DNA from: Cyanophora paradoxa CCMP329 | Lineage: Eukaryota > Plantae > Glaucophyta | NCBI GenBank assembly: GCA_004431415.1 | Contig: QPMI01000022.1 | Location: 310,001 to 374,000 of the forward strand | DNA: 64,000 nucleotides | Reading direction: 5' to 3' | In this document: positions 13,761 to 27,000 of the stretch, piece by piece | Layout: every line of letters starts with the position of its first letter | Numbering within the stretch: position 1 is the stretch's first letter | Notes under the pieces: generated by a model | What the model was told of the DNA's origin: nothing | Seen by the model: the letters and a program-made list of their open reading frames with translations, nothing else | The model's database searches: none | Position numbers and translations under genes: made by a program

Positions 13761-16700
13761 ATGGAGGGGGGGAACGATCCCTGCCGGCGTACGCGAATTC
13801 AGGGCGATGAAAGCCAAACGTCGCGCTCGGGCTGCGTTCCTTCTACGCGCATAGCTTCTTTCCGCCTTTCCTGGCACCCCAGCGCGCTTCTTCGAGCGCC
13901 CCCGTTGACTCGTCAGATCTTCGCGATGCTGGCGGCGGCGACTCCCGAGGGCGCTGCCCTGCTCGCCCGCGCGTCGGAGAGCCAGGGCGTCGCGGACCTC
14001 GAGCTCGCCATCCTCGGCCTCCGGAAGCTGGCGGACACGCAGAGGTCCGCTACTTCGCAAGCGCAGCTCCGTAGGCCGCGTGCCTGCCAAGCTAGCGTCG
14101 GAAGCTTAAGCATATCGCATGCCTAACCCGCCCGGCAATCCGCAGGCACCGCGACGAGGCGGCCAGGCGGCTGTGGGCGCTCTGCGAGGAGCAGCTGGCG
14201 ATGGAGGAGCCGAACGCCCTGTACCTCGCAGACCAGCTCACGCGGCTGCGCGACGAGGCGCGCCGCTCCGACGAGGAAAGCGAAGACGGCGGGCAGCAGC
14301 TGCGCTTCCTGCGGGAGTTCCTGCGGCGCGGCGTCGAGGACTTCACGGGCGGGTGGCAGACCGACGAGCGCTTCTCCAGCTTCGACGGGCGCGGGCCCGA
14401 GCACTTCCCCATGTGCGTCATCCAGGCCGCACAGGTAATCCCCGGTCCCTCCTCTCATATCTCCGCCCGCGCCGCCCGCCCGCGCGGCTGATCCGGGTCT
14501 GCCCCCATGCAGCTCGCGCTCTCTGCGCCGCGGCTGCTGCCGGCGGGCGAGCTCCCGACGCTGCGGCGCGGCCACGACGCGAGCGTGTCGCTCTCCCGCC
14601 TGCAGGTCCGCCCGAGCCCGCGAAAGTCCGAAGCCGAGGCCTCAGAGAGGTCGGCGCCCTTCTTCTCAGGTTGCGTGCCTCGTGGCCGAGTGCTTGCTGG
14701 GGGGCGGCCCCCGCGAGGAGTGCTCCTCGGCCCCGCTGCTCTCCTGGGGCGGAAACAGCAGCAAGCTCGCCTGGGAGCTCTACGGCGCCATGGTAGATTT
14801 GATCCAACGGAATTTGATCCAACGGAATTTGATCCGAATTTGATCTGCGCGGGCGCAGACGTCGAAGCTGCTCTGCGCGCTGGCGTACCTCCGCGCCGTC
14901 CTACGCGCCCTCGAGGCCGGCGACCGAAGGTCGGCCCAGCCCAAAGCTGAAAGGGGTATGGCGCCCCGCTGACCGCTTCTTCGTTCGCAGCTTCCTCGCG
15001 GGGCGCGTGACGTTCCGCCGGGTGACCCTTCCCCCGCCTGCTCCCCCCTCGGCGTCCGAGGCAGCGGCCCCGCTCTGCCCCCTCTCCGCCGACACGGGGG
15101 TACGCTGTGTCCCGCCCGCCGCCCGCCCGCCCCGCCCGCCCGCCCCGCTCAGCGGTGCCGGCGCCTCAGGCCGCGAGCGACACGGATGGAGACTTCGGCG
15201 CCGGCGCCGATGGCGATGGCGACGGCCCCGGCGAGCAGCCGCCGCTGCTCCTCCTCCTGCCCAGCTCCGGCCTCCCCGGCGCCTCGCCCTTCGCCGCCGG
15301 TCAGCTTACCCTTCCTCCGCCCTTGTTTTCTCACTCTTATTCTTTTTCGTCGCAGCGGGGTGCCGGGTGGAGGACGCGGCGGTGCTGGGGCGGCCCGAGT
15401 GCCTCGCGGCCGCCCTCCTCTGCCCCGAGCCGCTGGGCCCCGGGGAGGCCCTCGTCGTCGCCGGCGCCCGCCCCTTCGCCCGCGCCGCCGTGCGGCCCCC
15501 TCCGCTCCTCTCTAAGGCTAGGCTGAGCTAAGCTATCAAATCTAAGCCAGGTATCAACTCAAAGCTCGCTAGCTAGCTTGCTTAGCTCACCTAAGCTCAG
15601 CTTCTACTACTTATAAGCCGGCCCGCTCGCCCGGTCCCTGCTCGCCCCGCCCGCCCCCCTTGCCTCCTCTCTCCGACGGGGCGGCGCGGGCTAAGCTTCT
15701 AAGCTAACCCAAGCTTCTAAGCTAAGCCAAGCTTCTAAGCTAATCCAAGCTTCTAAGCTAATCTAAGCTTCTAAGCTAAGCTTAGCTTCTAAGCTAAGCT
15801 ACTAAGCTTCTAATTATAAGCCGGCCGGCCCGCCCGCCCCCGCCCGCCTCCTCTCTCTGATGGGGCGGCGCGGCCGCAGGGCTGCGGGGCGGCGTTCCTG
15901 TACAGGGGCGAGGCGGCCGCGGGGCCCGGGCCCGGGCCCGGGGCAGCCTGCCCGGCCCTCGCCTTCGTCGCGGAGGGCGAGGAGGGCCCCGAGGCCGCCG
16001 CCGACGTGCGCGCTTCGGTTCCGCCCGAGTCCGATTCGCGGTTCTGACTCGCGGCTCGGAGCGCAGGCGCTGGTCGCGGCCGCCTCGTCCGCCGCGCTCC
16101 TCGCCGGGACGCCCGAGTGCGCTCTTCGTAGTACACCATTGGATCGAATCTCGTTCGGATCGAATCGAACGCGCAGGCCGCCGGCGGTCGTGACGGGCGT
16201 GCCGGCGGCGCTCTTCACCGACTCGCGCGGGCGGCCGGCGCCGGCGCCGGCGCCGCCCGCGGCCGCGCCGCCGCCGCCCTGTGGGCCGCCGCCTCCGCCG
16301 CGGGGGTGCCCCGCCTCCGCCTGAGGACGGAGGGCGACGAGGCGCTGGCGGCGGCGGCGGAGGCGGCCGGCCGCGCGGCGGAGGCGGCGCGGGCCGGCGG
16401 GCGGCCGCCGGTGGCCGGCGACGTGGAGCGGGCGCTGGCGGCCTCGCGCGACCGGCTGGCCCCGCCGGCCTCGCCGGCCGCCGGCCGCCCCGCCAGCCCC
16501 CTCCCCGAGGGCGTCAACCTGCTCGAGCTCTCCGGTGCCCTAATTTGATCCGATTCGATTGGAATTTGATCCGAGGCGGCCCGCCGGCGCCGCAGACGAG
16601 GAGATCGCCGCGTACAGGGCCGGCGCGGCCGCCGCGGGGGCCCCTCCCACGCCGGGCGCCGCCTCGGGGCCCGACCGCGCATGCTCCGCAGCCGTGCGCC

Positions 16701-17058
16701 CCGCCCCGCCCTCCGCTCTGCCTTATCTCTGAGCGCTTCTGTCCCGCAGGGCGGGTCGCTGGCGGTGCTTGCGCACTTCGCGGCGGCGCCGGCCTGCCGG
16801 GCCTCGGAGGCGTGCCGCGCCCGCAACCTGCACGGCTCCGGGCCCTGGCTCGACGTGCCCCTCGCGGAGGAGGGCGAGGGCGAGGGGGAGGCTTCGAGGG
16901 GCCTTGCCTCTGGCCCCGGGGCGGGGGCGGGGCGGGCCCTAGGCCCCGCGCGGGCCCTCGGGGGGGCGGCCGTTCTTCTCGAGGCGCCGCCCCGCGGCCC
17001 GCCCTGCGCCCGCCCCGGGGCCCGCCGCCCCTCGAGCGCGGCGGCGCCCTGCCCTTGA
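13761..17058 (+). CDS. Poly(ADP-ribose) glycohydrolase-fold protein with degenerate catalytic motif
   Basis: Spliced segments LALSAPRLLPAGELPTLRRGHDASVSLSRLQ/VACLVAECLL, SKLLCALAYLRAV, GRVTFRR and GCRVEDAAVLGRPECLAAALLCPEPLGPGEALVVAGARPF match the order of canonical PARG blocks (SLSxxQVACLLANAF, KLxCLxHYF, GxVTFxR, GxVQEEIxFxxxPE...NEAxxxxGAExF). Start approximate. Confidence 0.7.
15691..15812. repeat. Intronic minisatellite (ctaagcttctaagctaa-like, ~19-bp period)
   Basis: About 6 copies inside the PARG-like gene intron. Confidence 0.8.
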
Positions 17059-18024
17059 AAATAGACAGCCTGCTGGCGTAAATGCGACGCCGCGTCGACG
17101 TCGCCGCGGCCGCGGGCGTATACGTAGCCGCGACGTCGACGATGATCGCCCCACACTGTGACGTGTGAGACGGTGTGACCGAGTCGAGCTCGAGCCAGCC
17201 AGGCAGGCTCAGCCAGCGGCAACTTAAGCTTGCCGGCAAGTCAGCGCCGCCTCGGCAACTCAGCGGCTAGCGCGGCAGACTACTAGTAATTATAAGCCGG
17301 CAGCTGGCGCCTGGGCATGCGCAGTAGCGCCGTCGCTGGCAGAGCGCGATTAGATTGAAGATAGTACCCCCAGACTGCTCAATTTTGATTATTTATAACC
17401 CGTCCAATAAGCGGAGTTACCCGGTCAAATCAGTTGATCATGAATGCGAAAGCGAATCATCAATAGGATTATCAGCTAGCAGCGGCCCAGCGGGAATCGT
17501 TGTCGAAATGGCGAACTTGCGATCGCGATTCGTGAATCGATCATCGGATCGGAGATCCGATGATAATGTAAGAATCAGTAACCGTAGTAAGATCGACGTC
17601 GACGTTACCACCGTATACGTACGCTGCTCGATCGATTCAATGATTCGCTGATCCGATGTCGTCTGAGTTGCCATATGCATGTGAGCCTGAGCCGCGGCCG
17701 ACGTCGACTCTGACGGCGACTCATTGCATGCAATTGGCACAATCTGGCAGTCACTGACTCTGCTGCCCGGCGCCGCCGCGCCGCCGCGGCGCCGCCGCGC
17801 CGGCCGCGACGGGGCCGGCGCCGGCCGGGCCGGCGGCAGACTACGCCGGCATTGCCGAGCTCGAGTCGCTGACTCGCTGCCAGAGTCGCTGGCACTCGCC
17901 AACGCCGACTCGTCGCCGAGTCGCTCAGCGGCTGCGCATGCCGCAGTGCATGCATATATACAATGATATGCGCAGCTGAGCTGCTGACAGTGAGCCTGAG
18001 CATCATGCTCATGGCATCGATATC

Positions 18025-21000
18025 ATGGCGCAGCGCGGCGCGCTAAAAATATCGCGGGATTCGCCGAGTCGCGCTGATCTTCCGCTTACCAGGCTACGTA
18101 CTAGTAGTGCAGGGGTGCCAGGGGATCTGCACGCGCAGCGCGCGGCGTCGCGGGATCCGGAATTCGAACAGCTCCAGGCCGAGGCTCCAGCTCAGCTTCG
18201 GCGCAACTTGGCAACGCGTACGGTGCGCGCATGCCTCAGTGCGCGGGCGCGCGCGCGCGGATCACCGGGTGCCGGCGCCTGGCCCCAGCGCAGCTGACCC
18301 GTGGCCGCTTCGCGCGCGCGCAGTCCGCCGAGTGACCCGAGTCCGCTGTGCATGCCGGGGACGGCGGATCGCGCACGGGCACTGGAAGACGAGGCCAGGA
18401 AGGTGCTCCAGATGGATGCCGAGCGGAAGGAGCCGGAGGTCGTCAGCAAGGCCGAGTTCCTCGGGGACGACGGTGTGGAGGAGCACCAGTTGGGCGAGCC
18501 GGGCAGGCACGTGCACGGGAATGGAGAGGGGAAGGCGCCCCGCGCGGGCGTCAAGTTCGACGACGAGGATCCGGAGCTCAAGCTCAAGCTCCAGCAGGAG
18601 CAGGAGCAGGTCAAGCGGACCGGCGAGCAATTCTGGGCCGAGGTGGGCGCAGCTCGCTCCTACGTATCTCTATATAAGTATCATACTACTACTACCGTAT
18701 AGACCAGTCGCGCGCGCGCGCTCGCCGGCCCATCAGCATATCCATCTATTTTTGGCGTTGGCATGCACATGTCCTGACTCGCGCCCGACTTCGCGAATCG
18801 CAGCTGAAGGAGACCAAGGACAAGAGGGAGGGGGCTTCCAAGCACGAGAACGCGAATTCGAAGCTCTCTGGGCTCCTCGCGTCCTGCCACCCGCTGGCCC
18901 CCGCCGCGCAGGAGCTGCTGAAGTCGACAGACGACAGCGCCGCCACCGGCATTAGCCTCCGCAGGCTGGCCCTGTCCAAAAGCTCCAAGAGCATCTCGCG
19001 GGGCGGCTCCAGCGCGGCGCTCTCCTCCAGCGGCCGCGGGTCCGGCAACAAAGTCAAGCCGGATCAGCCCGCGGCCGACAAGGAGAACTCGGCCGAGCAG
19101 ACTCGGCCGAACGACCCCGTCGTGGTCCGTAGAGCGCCGCAGTCTAGCCGCTCCGGATTCGATCCGCCTCCTCTGACCCGCCCCGGCCCGGCCCGGCCCG
19201 GCCCCCTCAGATCCGGTTCCAGCTGGAGCGCGAGTTTCAGTTCATGCGGCTCAACCTCAAGCGCGCCCGCCTGTGCGTATGCATATAGATACCGCCTTCT
19301 TCTACATAGATATCGCCTTCTATATAAATACCGCCTTTTTCTATATACGCCTTCTTCTATATACCGCCTCCCTGTGCGTCGCCCCTCTCTATCCCATATG
19401 CATCTATACATTCCCCGCCTCGCACCCTCCGGCCGGCCCGCTCCCCCCATTCCCCCGCCCTCTTGTATTAGCCTGGCTCCTACACCGGTACCACCCTCCC
19501 TTTCCGCGCCTCTAGCGGCCTCCTCCCCCACTTCTTTCCCGTCCCCATTGGATATCGCCTTTCATATAAATACCGCCTTTTTCTATATACCGCCTCCCTG
19601 TGCGACGCGCCTCTCTATCCCATATGCATCTATATATATTCCCCGCCTTGCACCCTCCGGCCGGCCCGTTCCCGGGCCCCTGCACCCCCTCGCCCCCTCC
19701 CTTCCCCCGTACCCCCCCTCTTCCTCTCCCCCCCCGCTCCTGCACCGGTACCACCCTCCCTTCCCCACCATTTCCGCCTCCCCCACTTCTCTCCCGTCCC
19801 CATTCGTCTGGCCGGCCCGTCCCGCCTGCCCTCCCCCAGCTTCCCCTCTCCCGCAACCCCCCCCCCCCCCCCCCTCCCCCCGGGCCTCCGTCCCCCTCCT
19901 TTCCCCGCGGCCGCCTCCTCCCTTTCGAATACCCCTCATTCGCCCTCCCCATTCCATTCCTTCCCCCTGCCCTGCCCCCTGCCCTTCTTACGGCCCTGCC
20001 GCCAGCCGCCGGACGCTCTTCCCCTCCCCCCCGCCCCCCTCCCCCCGCCCACCTCGAATTCAGAATTCTTCCCTCCCCCACCGTGACAACCCTCTTACTG
20101 ACTCTTTCTTTGGCGTAGATACAACCTCGCGTACACTCGCATCAAACTTATCCGCGAGGTGCCTTCGCCTACCTTGTTTAACCTTCTTTAATGCTTCTTT
20201 TACCTTCTTTAACACGCTTCTTTAACCTTCTTTATTCCCATCGCAGGCCATCATGTTCATCTTCTTCATCCTCCTGTTCTACGCCATGGTGCGCGCGCCT
20301 CCTTTCTTCTTAAGCCGGCGCCATTTCTCATTTCGTCGTCCGCAGGTCATCATGCTCATGCCCCTGAGCCGCGCGTACGAGCACTCCGGCCAGCTCACCG
20401 GAGACGGAGGTGCGCGCGATCGCGATCGCGGCGCATGTACCCATGCGAGTCGATCGCGATCCGACCGATCCCCACGTGCACGATGCGCGCGCAGCCTACC
20501 TGCTCCTCGACCCCGTCGTGGTTCGCGATCGTAGCTTGCTTGTGAAAGCTATTCTTTTTAAGCTCACTTCTATTTTACGTTACAGGGTCAGAAGTCCAGC
20601 GGCACGGACTCGTTCCCGTTCTTCAAGGTGCGCGATCGGCAGGGCGCTATAGCAAGCGCAGGCTTTTAGTTCACCGTTCAGCAGTAGCTATCGCTAGCTA
20701 TACAGCGCCCAACCATAAGCTTGTTCGTTCTAGCGCTAGCGCTAGCGCAAGCGCGCCGACCAGACGCTCGTTCGCCCTCCTCCCGCCTTTAGTTCACCGT
20801 TCAGCAGTAGCTATAACTAGCTGTATATATAGCGCCAAGGATAAGCTTGTTCGTTCTTCTAATCGCATGCGCAATCATTCGACAGAGCGCGAACACAATC
20901 GGTGCGTACGCGCCACTGCGTCGGTTTCTGAAGCCCGGCCCCCCCCCGCGCGCTCATTGAGAGTTCCGATCTCTAGGTGATATCTGGCGCTGGATGCAAG

Positions 21001-24000
21001 ACGTTCTTGTACCCCTCTTCTTTGCGGATAACAAGGAGTCCGGATTCGGAGATTACAGCGCTCCGCTCAATGCCATCACGCTCCGTCAGGTCCTTGCCCC
21101 CTCCACTCCCCCCCTACCCCCTCCCCCAGCCCCCTCCCTTTCCCCCCCCTCCTCCCTCTCCTCTTCCTCCCTAGGCCTAGGTCTCCCCGCCCCGCTCCCT
21201 TCAGGCTCCCGTACCTCCTCTACTAGGCTTCTATCCTCTCTTCTTCGTCCGGCCGACCGCCCCCCCCCCCTCCCCCCCTCCCCCCCCCCCATCCCCCCCC
21301 GCCTCCGCCCCTCCCCCACTCCACCTCCCCTTCCCCCCTCCCCCTCCCAACAGCCCCCTTCCTCTCCTCCTCTCTTTTGTCCCCCCGCCCTCTCCGGTCC
21401 CGCCCCCACCCCCACCCCTTCTAGATCTTCCCCGAGTTTCCTCGTCCTTGCATGAAATCAATCCGCGCTCCAGCTTTCGTTTGACTCTTTGCGCGTTAGG
21501 TTCGAGTCAAGAAAATGGCACAATGCAAGCGCCAGGACATTACTACCAACGTCTTCGATCAGAAGGCAGAGAAGGACAAACTGACTGCTCGCACGATGTG
21601 CTATCCGGAGTGTGCGTCCTCTCGACCAGCTCGCGCAACCGCGCACACGACCCGAATTTCATTTATAATCAATGCAATGCTCGCAGGGAGTCGCAAGGAC
21701 AGCAAGGGAGCGGAGGGGGAGCAGACTGACCCCCTCAAATTCGACGCGTCGAGCGGCCTGGGGAACTATGAGCACCAGAAGGGGCTTAGCTACTTGGCCG
21801 CCTCGCGCTACTGGTCGACCATGCAAGCCGACTACATTTCGGACTACGTGCGCATCCGCTGCGCCGCGGCGCCATCGATAATCGTAAACAGCGCGGACAG
21901 CTGCAGCGCAACGCGCTAACGAACGTTCTCTGTGCAGGGGACCGGAGGCTACGTGCACGTTCTCAAGATCGACCCCAACGCCGGGGAGGAGGGCAAGAAG
22001 AAGGTCCTTGAGGAGATCCAGAAACTGCAGAAGGGCAACTGGATCGACGGCAGCGCGCGCGCTCTTTCCATCAAGTGCGCCGCCGGCCCCGGCACACTAG
22101 TACTAGTACTTAACATCCTCCGCACGGCCCATTTATATATATTGACGCCTTCCGTTTCGCTGTTGGCCGCAGTTTCGCGCTGTACAACAAGCACACGGAC
22201 ATCTACTCCATCGCCGAGCTCCTCGTCGAGCTCCCGACCTCGGGCCTCCTCCTGACGTCGTACCAGATCCGGCCCCTCTACCTCTACCTCGCCGACGACG
22301 GAAGTGCGCCCGCGCGCGCGCCCGCGCGGTATACGTAGGATAGAGGCGAGGGAACTAGCTCCCTTGCGGGTGTGGCGGAGGCGCTAGCTGTAGGCGAGCT
22401 TCCGTCCTAGAAGCGGTGGCGCCCTCCGTTCTCGAGGCGGCCCTTCGAATTCATTCATCGCGATCGCATCGACGGCGCGCGACTGACCGGAATCGACATC
22501 GCAGTGTTCAACTTCTTCCTCATTCTCTTCGCGCTGGCCGTCGTCTTCATCTGTGCGCGTGCCCCGCGTCTCAAACTTAAGCTTTAAATCTAGATCTAGA
22601 TCTGCCCGCACGATATTAATGCCTCTTGCTCATGATCGATTTTCGCGACCGCAGTCATCGGCGAGTTGACGGAGATAGTCCAGAAGCGCCTCGACTACCT
22701 TACCAGCTTCTGGAACATCGTTGAGATCGCCCTTTGCTTCGGGTAATTAATTACAAGCTTCTGGCGTTCTCAAGCTTGTACCGGTTTCTGTTTCGTTGCT
22801 GAACTTGCGATCGGGCCAGCCACTTTTACCTCGGCTGGAACTACGCCCAGTACTTCACGTTCAGCTTGAACGCCAACTCTGCGGTTCGTTATTTTAATAT
22901 AATTTAGAATTTTCGCCGTATTTGGGGCCGGGCACGTCTCCCAATTCTCACGCACGCGCAGCTGACGGCGTCGCCGCCCCAATATGACGTCGCGATTGCA
23001 AATCTGTCAAAGATCAAAGTGCTCAACGGCGACGTGAGGTGCTGCACCAATAATATAATATAAAGAGCGACCCAACTGTAAAGCGCGCGCGAATTATTAT
23101 TAAGTATGCCTCGCGTGCAGTGACGTGGTCGGCATCATGATCGTCGCTTACGGCTTCCGCCTCTTCAAGTGCGCCCGCATGGGGTTGAATTCACATTACG
23201 AGGCTCCCTTTAATTCAGGCGCTCATTAAATATTGTACATGTTCTCGAACTCAGGTACTTCCGCATCTGGCCGTCGCTCTATGTGCTGTGGCAGACGATC
23301 GTCAACGCCTGGCGCCCGTGCGTGCTCGCCTCCCCCCCCCCCCCCCCCCCCCCCCCCCCCATGTTCACTCTTTCGCACGAGATGCTCATCAAGGCTCGCG
23401 CAGGATTGCTGGCTTCGTGTGAGTTTTCAAGCGCCCTCGAGCTCGCGACAAGTGTTTGAGCTTCGCAGCTTTGCTAATGTCTGAGCTTCGCAGCTTTGTG
23501 ATTCTGTTGATCTTCGGGGCCTTTGCGCTCACTGGCATCCTTGTGTTCGGATTTCAGGTGAGAGCATACACTTTATTCTAGTATACGTGAGCTCATAATT
23601 TAGCATAACAATCGAGTCGGGTTCCGAGTCGGAGCCCCGGCCGAGCGCGCGGCGCCGCCCGCCCAGCCCTCCCCTCCCGCGCCTTGGCCTGACCGCGGCT
23701 CTCCTCCCTGCTCAGATCTACGAGTTCCGTCACTTCACTGAAGCGGTGCGACGCACATCAGACTGTCAATTACAATATGAACGCGGACGCTGACTCTGAC
23801 GCGGGCGCGCAGTACTTTTCGCTGTTCCGGTTCCTGATGGGCGAGTTCAACTACTCGGACTGGTCGGACACCTCGCGCACCTCCGGCCTCGTCTTCTTCA
23901 TCGTCTTCATCGTGTTTGTCGTCCTCATCTTCCAGAACGTGCGTGCGCTTAAGCTTCTCTATAATTCTTTTGAGCTGTAGCTTATAATTAGCTATATATC

Positions 24001-27000
24001 ATAGCTTGCAATTAAGCGATAGCTTAGCTTTAGCTTGTATATATACGCGTATATACTTCTCTATCGTTCGCTTCTCTATCGTTTTAGCTTGCAGTGAAAA
24101 CCTCATCGCGACTCTCATGTTCACTTCTAGATTTTCATTGCCATCATTTCCAACTCGTACGAGCAAGTCTTCAGGACCACCAACGAAGAAATCGCCGAGG
24201 AGAAGGACATCATCGAAGAGCACGGCAGCATGTGCGAGCTGTCCTTTTCTCCGAGCTCGACCGTTTCAATTTGATGTGACGACTCGCGCGCGATGATCGC
24301 AGTTTGCCCATTCGCAACGCCGTAGATTATCGGTACGCCGCGTTTTTCATTGCAGCTTGTTTATAGTCTGTTCACTGAGTGGCTTCGCAGTGTTTCCCTC
24401 TCTTCGCGCCCGTCGCAGTGGCAGACTATTTCGGCTCTTCGGAAAATCGTGTGGGCAGATCCGAATTCCACTTCTTCCGACGCAGCCGCTTTAAAGGGCC
24501 AGCGCCCCATTGTAAGCGATCCCGCCACCGATGCTTCAGCACCGATGCTAAGCGATGTCTCGCAGGACCGGACGGGCCTCCAGCTCGCAGCCCGCCAGCT
24601 GCCCGACGTGGCTTCGGACGAGGGGCTCTGCCTGGGCGCGCTCGGCGTCAAATTCGCCGCCGGTGCGGACGGCCCGCGCGCCGCGGCCGGCGTCGGGTCG
24701 TCGCTCGGCGCGGAATACGCGGCGGCGGCGGTCGAGAGCACCAGCATCGACAAGGTCGTCATTCCGAACTCGGACTACTACCCGACGCTGGACCCCGAGT
24801 ACAGACCGCTCGACGACCGGCGCGACAACCACCTGAAGTCCACAGATGCCGGCGCCAAGCCCGGGCCGCTCGGGCCCTACCCGCACCGCATCCGAATCTG
24901 GTTCGACATCAGCAAGCGGAACCGGCGCCGCTTCCTCTCGGGGCCACCTGGCCAGCTGCGCCGGCCCATTCTGGTGAACTTTGCGGGCGACGAGGTCGTC
25001 AATCCTCCGGACCCCGCCAAATGGAAGTCCGGACCCCACAAAGAGGACGCTGGCGCTCCGAATTCGAACGAGAAGGATCCCAAGAAGAAAGATTTCGAGG
25101 CCGACCCCGCGAAACTGTGCTACTACGTCCACAGCGTGTTCGCCGCCGGCCGGCCGCAGCACATGCGCTTCCTGTTTGACGTGCGTTGAAGCCTCGAAGA
25201 ATGTTGAACACTCGCGTCCGATACCGATCTAATGAGTGGCGAGCAGGTCTTGCGCGAGAACCGAAAGGCGTACCTCCAGACGTTGTCTTTCGAGGAGCTG
25301 GCCAACAGACCGCTCCTCATCCGCGTTCTCGACGGCATCTCGCAGCTCGCCGTCTCCACATACAAGAAGATTACGGGAAAGAGGGCAACCACCCAAAACC
25401 TCGACTCCCGCATCTACATGAGCGTATACCGGGTGAGACGCGGCCTCAAGCTACATACTTACGTCGAAATCGCTGCACGCTGTACGGCGGCTGACTCGAA
25501 CGCGCACGGCAGCGCGGGGTCAACGAGAACGGCATGTTCGTCGACTTCGACATGCACAGGATTCCGAGGAAGCTTCTGCTCTCGGGGAAGGTTAAACCCA
25601 TCCATCGGCTCGAATTCGGCGGCGACATGAAACCCGAGATTGCCGAAAAAAGTATCGCTGCATACCAGCTGGAGGTCGGGGGCGGTTCGTCCTCTGCAGC
25701 GGTTTCTCGGGCGAGAATACATCGTAGCTGACCGCTATCGATGTCGTGCGCGCGCAGCGCTGTCCTTGAAGCTGGAGAAGTGGACGTACCACCGCGCCTG
25801 GCTGAAGCGCACGGCCGGGGCCCCCTTCCTCTCCTCCTCACGGCAAGTATCATGATCGCGGATCTCATGTTTCCAAGCGTGTCCGCGCGCGCGTTGCTGA
25901 TCGTAAGACTCGATGCCTCCCGCGCAGCGACGCGTACTTCGACCAGCGCATTGCGAAGGACCTGAAAATCTCAGTGCCCCCGCCGACGCTGGACAAAGCG
26001 CCAGCCTGGATCAAGAGATACGCCGAGAAGCACAACGAAGCGCCTCCGGAGTCGGGAGAGCTCGTCTGCAACAAGACGCTCTGCAGGGCCTACATGTGGA
26101 TCGCGCGCTTCATCCACGAGCGCTCGAAGGAGAGCTCCGGGAAGTTCATCGCGCGCTCCGTCCGCCACTACCTCGTGTCCCCGGAGGAGGTCGGCCCCCG
26201 CCCGCCGTTCCCTGCAGCTGCAGCTGGCGCTCGAGCAAATTTAAACGAGCCGCTCGCGATCGCAGCTCGAGGTCTTCATCAACCGGCTCGTCCGCGCGCA
26301 CCGCCTCCTGAAGGAATGGCGCCTCAACGCGGCCATGGCCAAGGCGAGTTCGGGATCGATCGATTTCGGGATCGATCGATTTTCTTTCCCCCAACTTCCG
26401 TCTAAGCGAAGCGTTGCGCATGCAGGGGCGCATCGCTTTCGACGACATCAACCTGGACACCAGCAACCCGGAAGACACGTTCGTCAACGCGGCCGACGGC
26501 GGCGCGGCGTCCTTCGGCTCCACCCCGGGCCGCACCGTCGCGACCATCTTGAAGATGCTGGCCCTGGATGCCGAGCTGAAAAAGCGCGCCCGCCCTTCTC
26601 TTCCTCGCTTGGATTCCGTCCAGATCTGCTGACCGCGGCTCGCGATCGCGGGCAGGCTCGGCGAGGATCGGGAGAAGCAGGTGGCCATCTTCTCGAACGC
26701 CCAATCGAGCGCGCTGCAGAAGGCGGCGGCCAAGGCGAAAGCACTCGAGGCCGAGCTGAAGGCAGCCTTTTCTCAAGCTTCAATCCACTGCTCCCGCCCA
26801 GGTTTCCTCATTCGAATTCCCACCCAGATCAAGCGCGTGGAAGAAGAGAAGCAGCAGATGGCCCAGAAGATGGCGGAGCTCTCCGGGACGAGCAAGCTGC
26901 CCGATTCCCTCCGCTTCGACGAGTTCCTGTACCTCCTCCGCCAGGAGGTCAGATCAGATCTGATCTGATCTGATCTGAGCCTCCCCCTTCAGATCTGATC

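Noticed and set aside
19122-20225. 367-aa Pro-rich ORF
   Set aside because: Read-through of a C-rich, internally duplicated intron of the PKD2-like gene.
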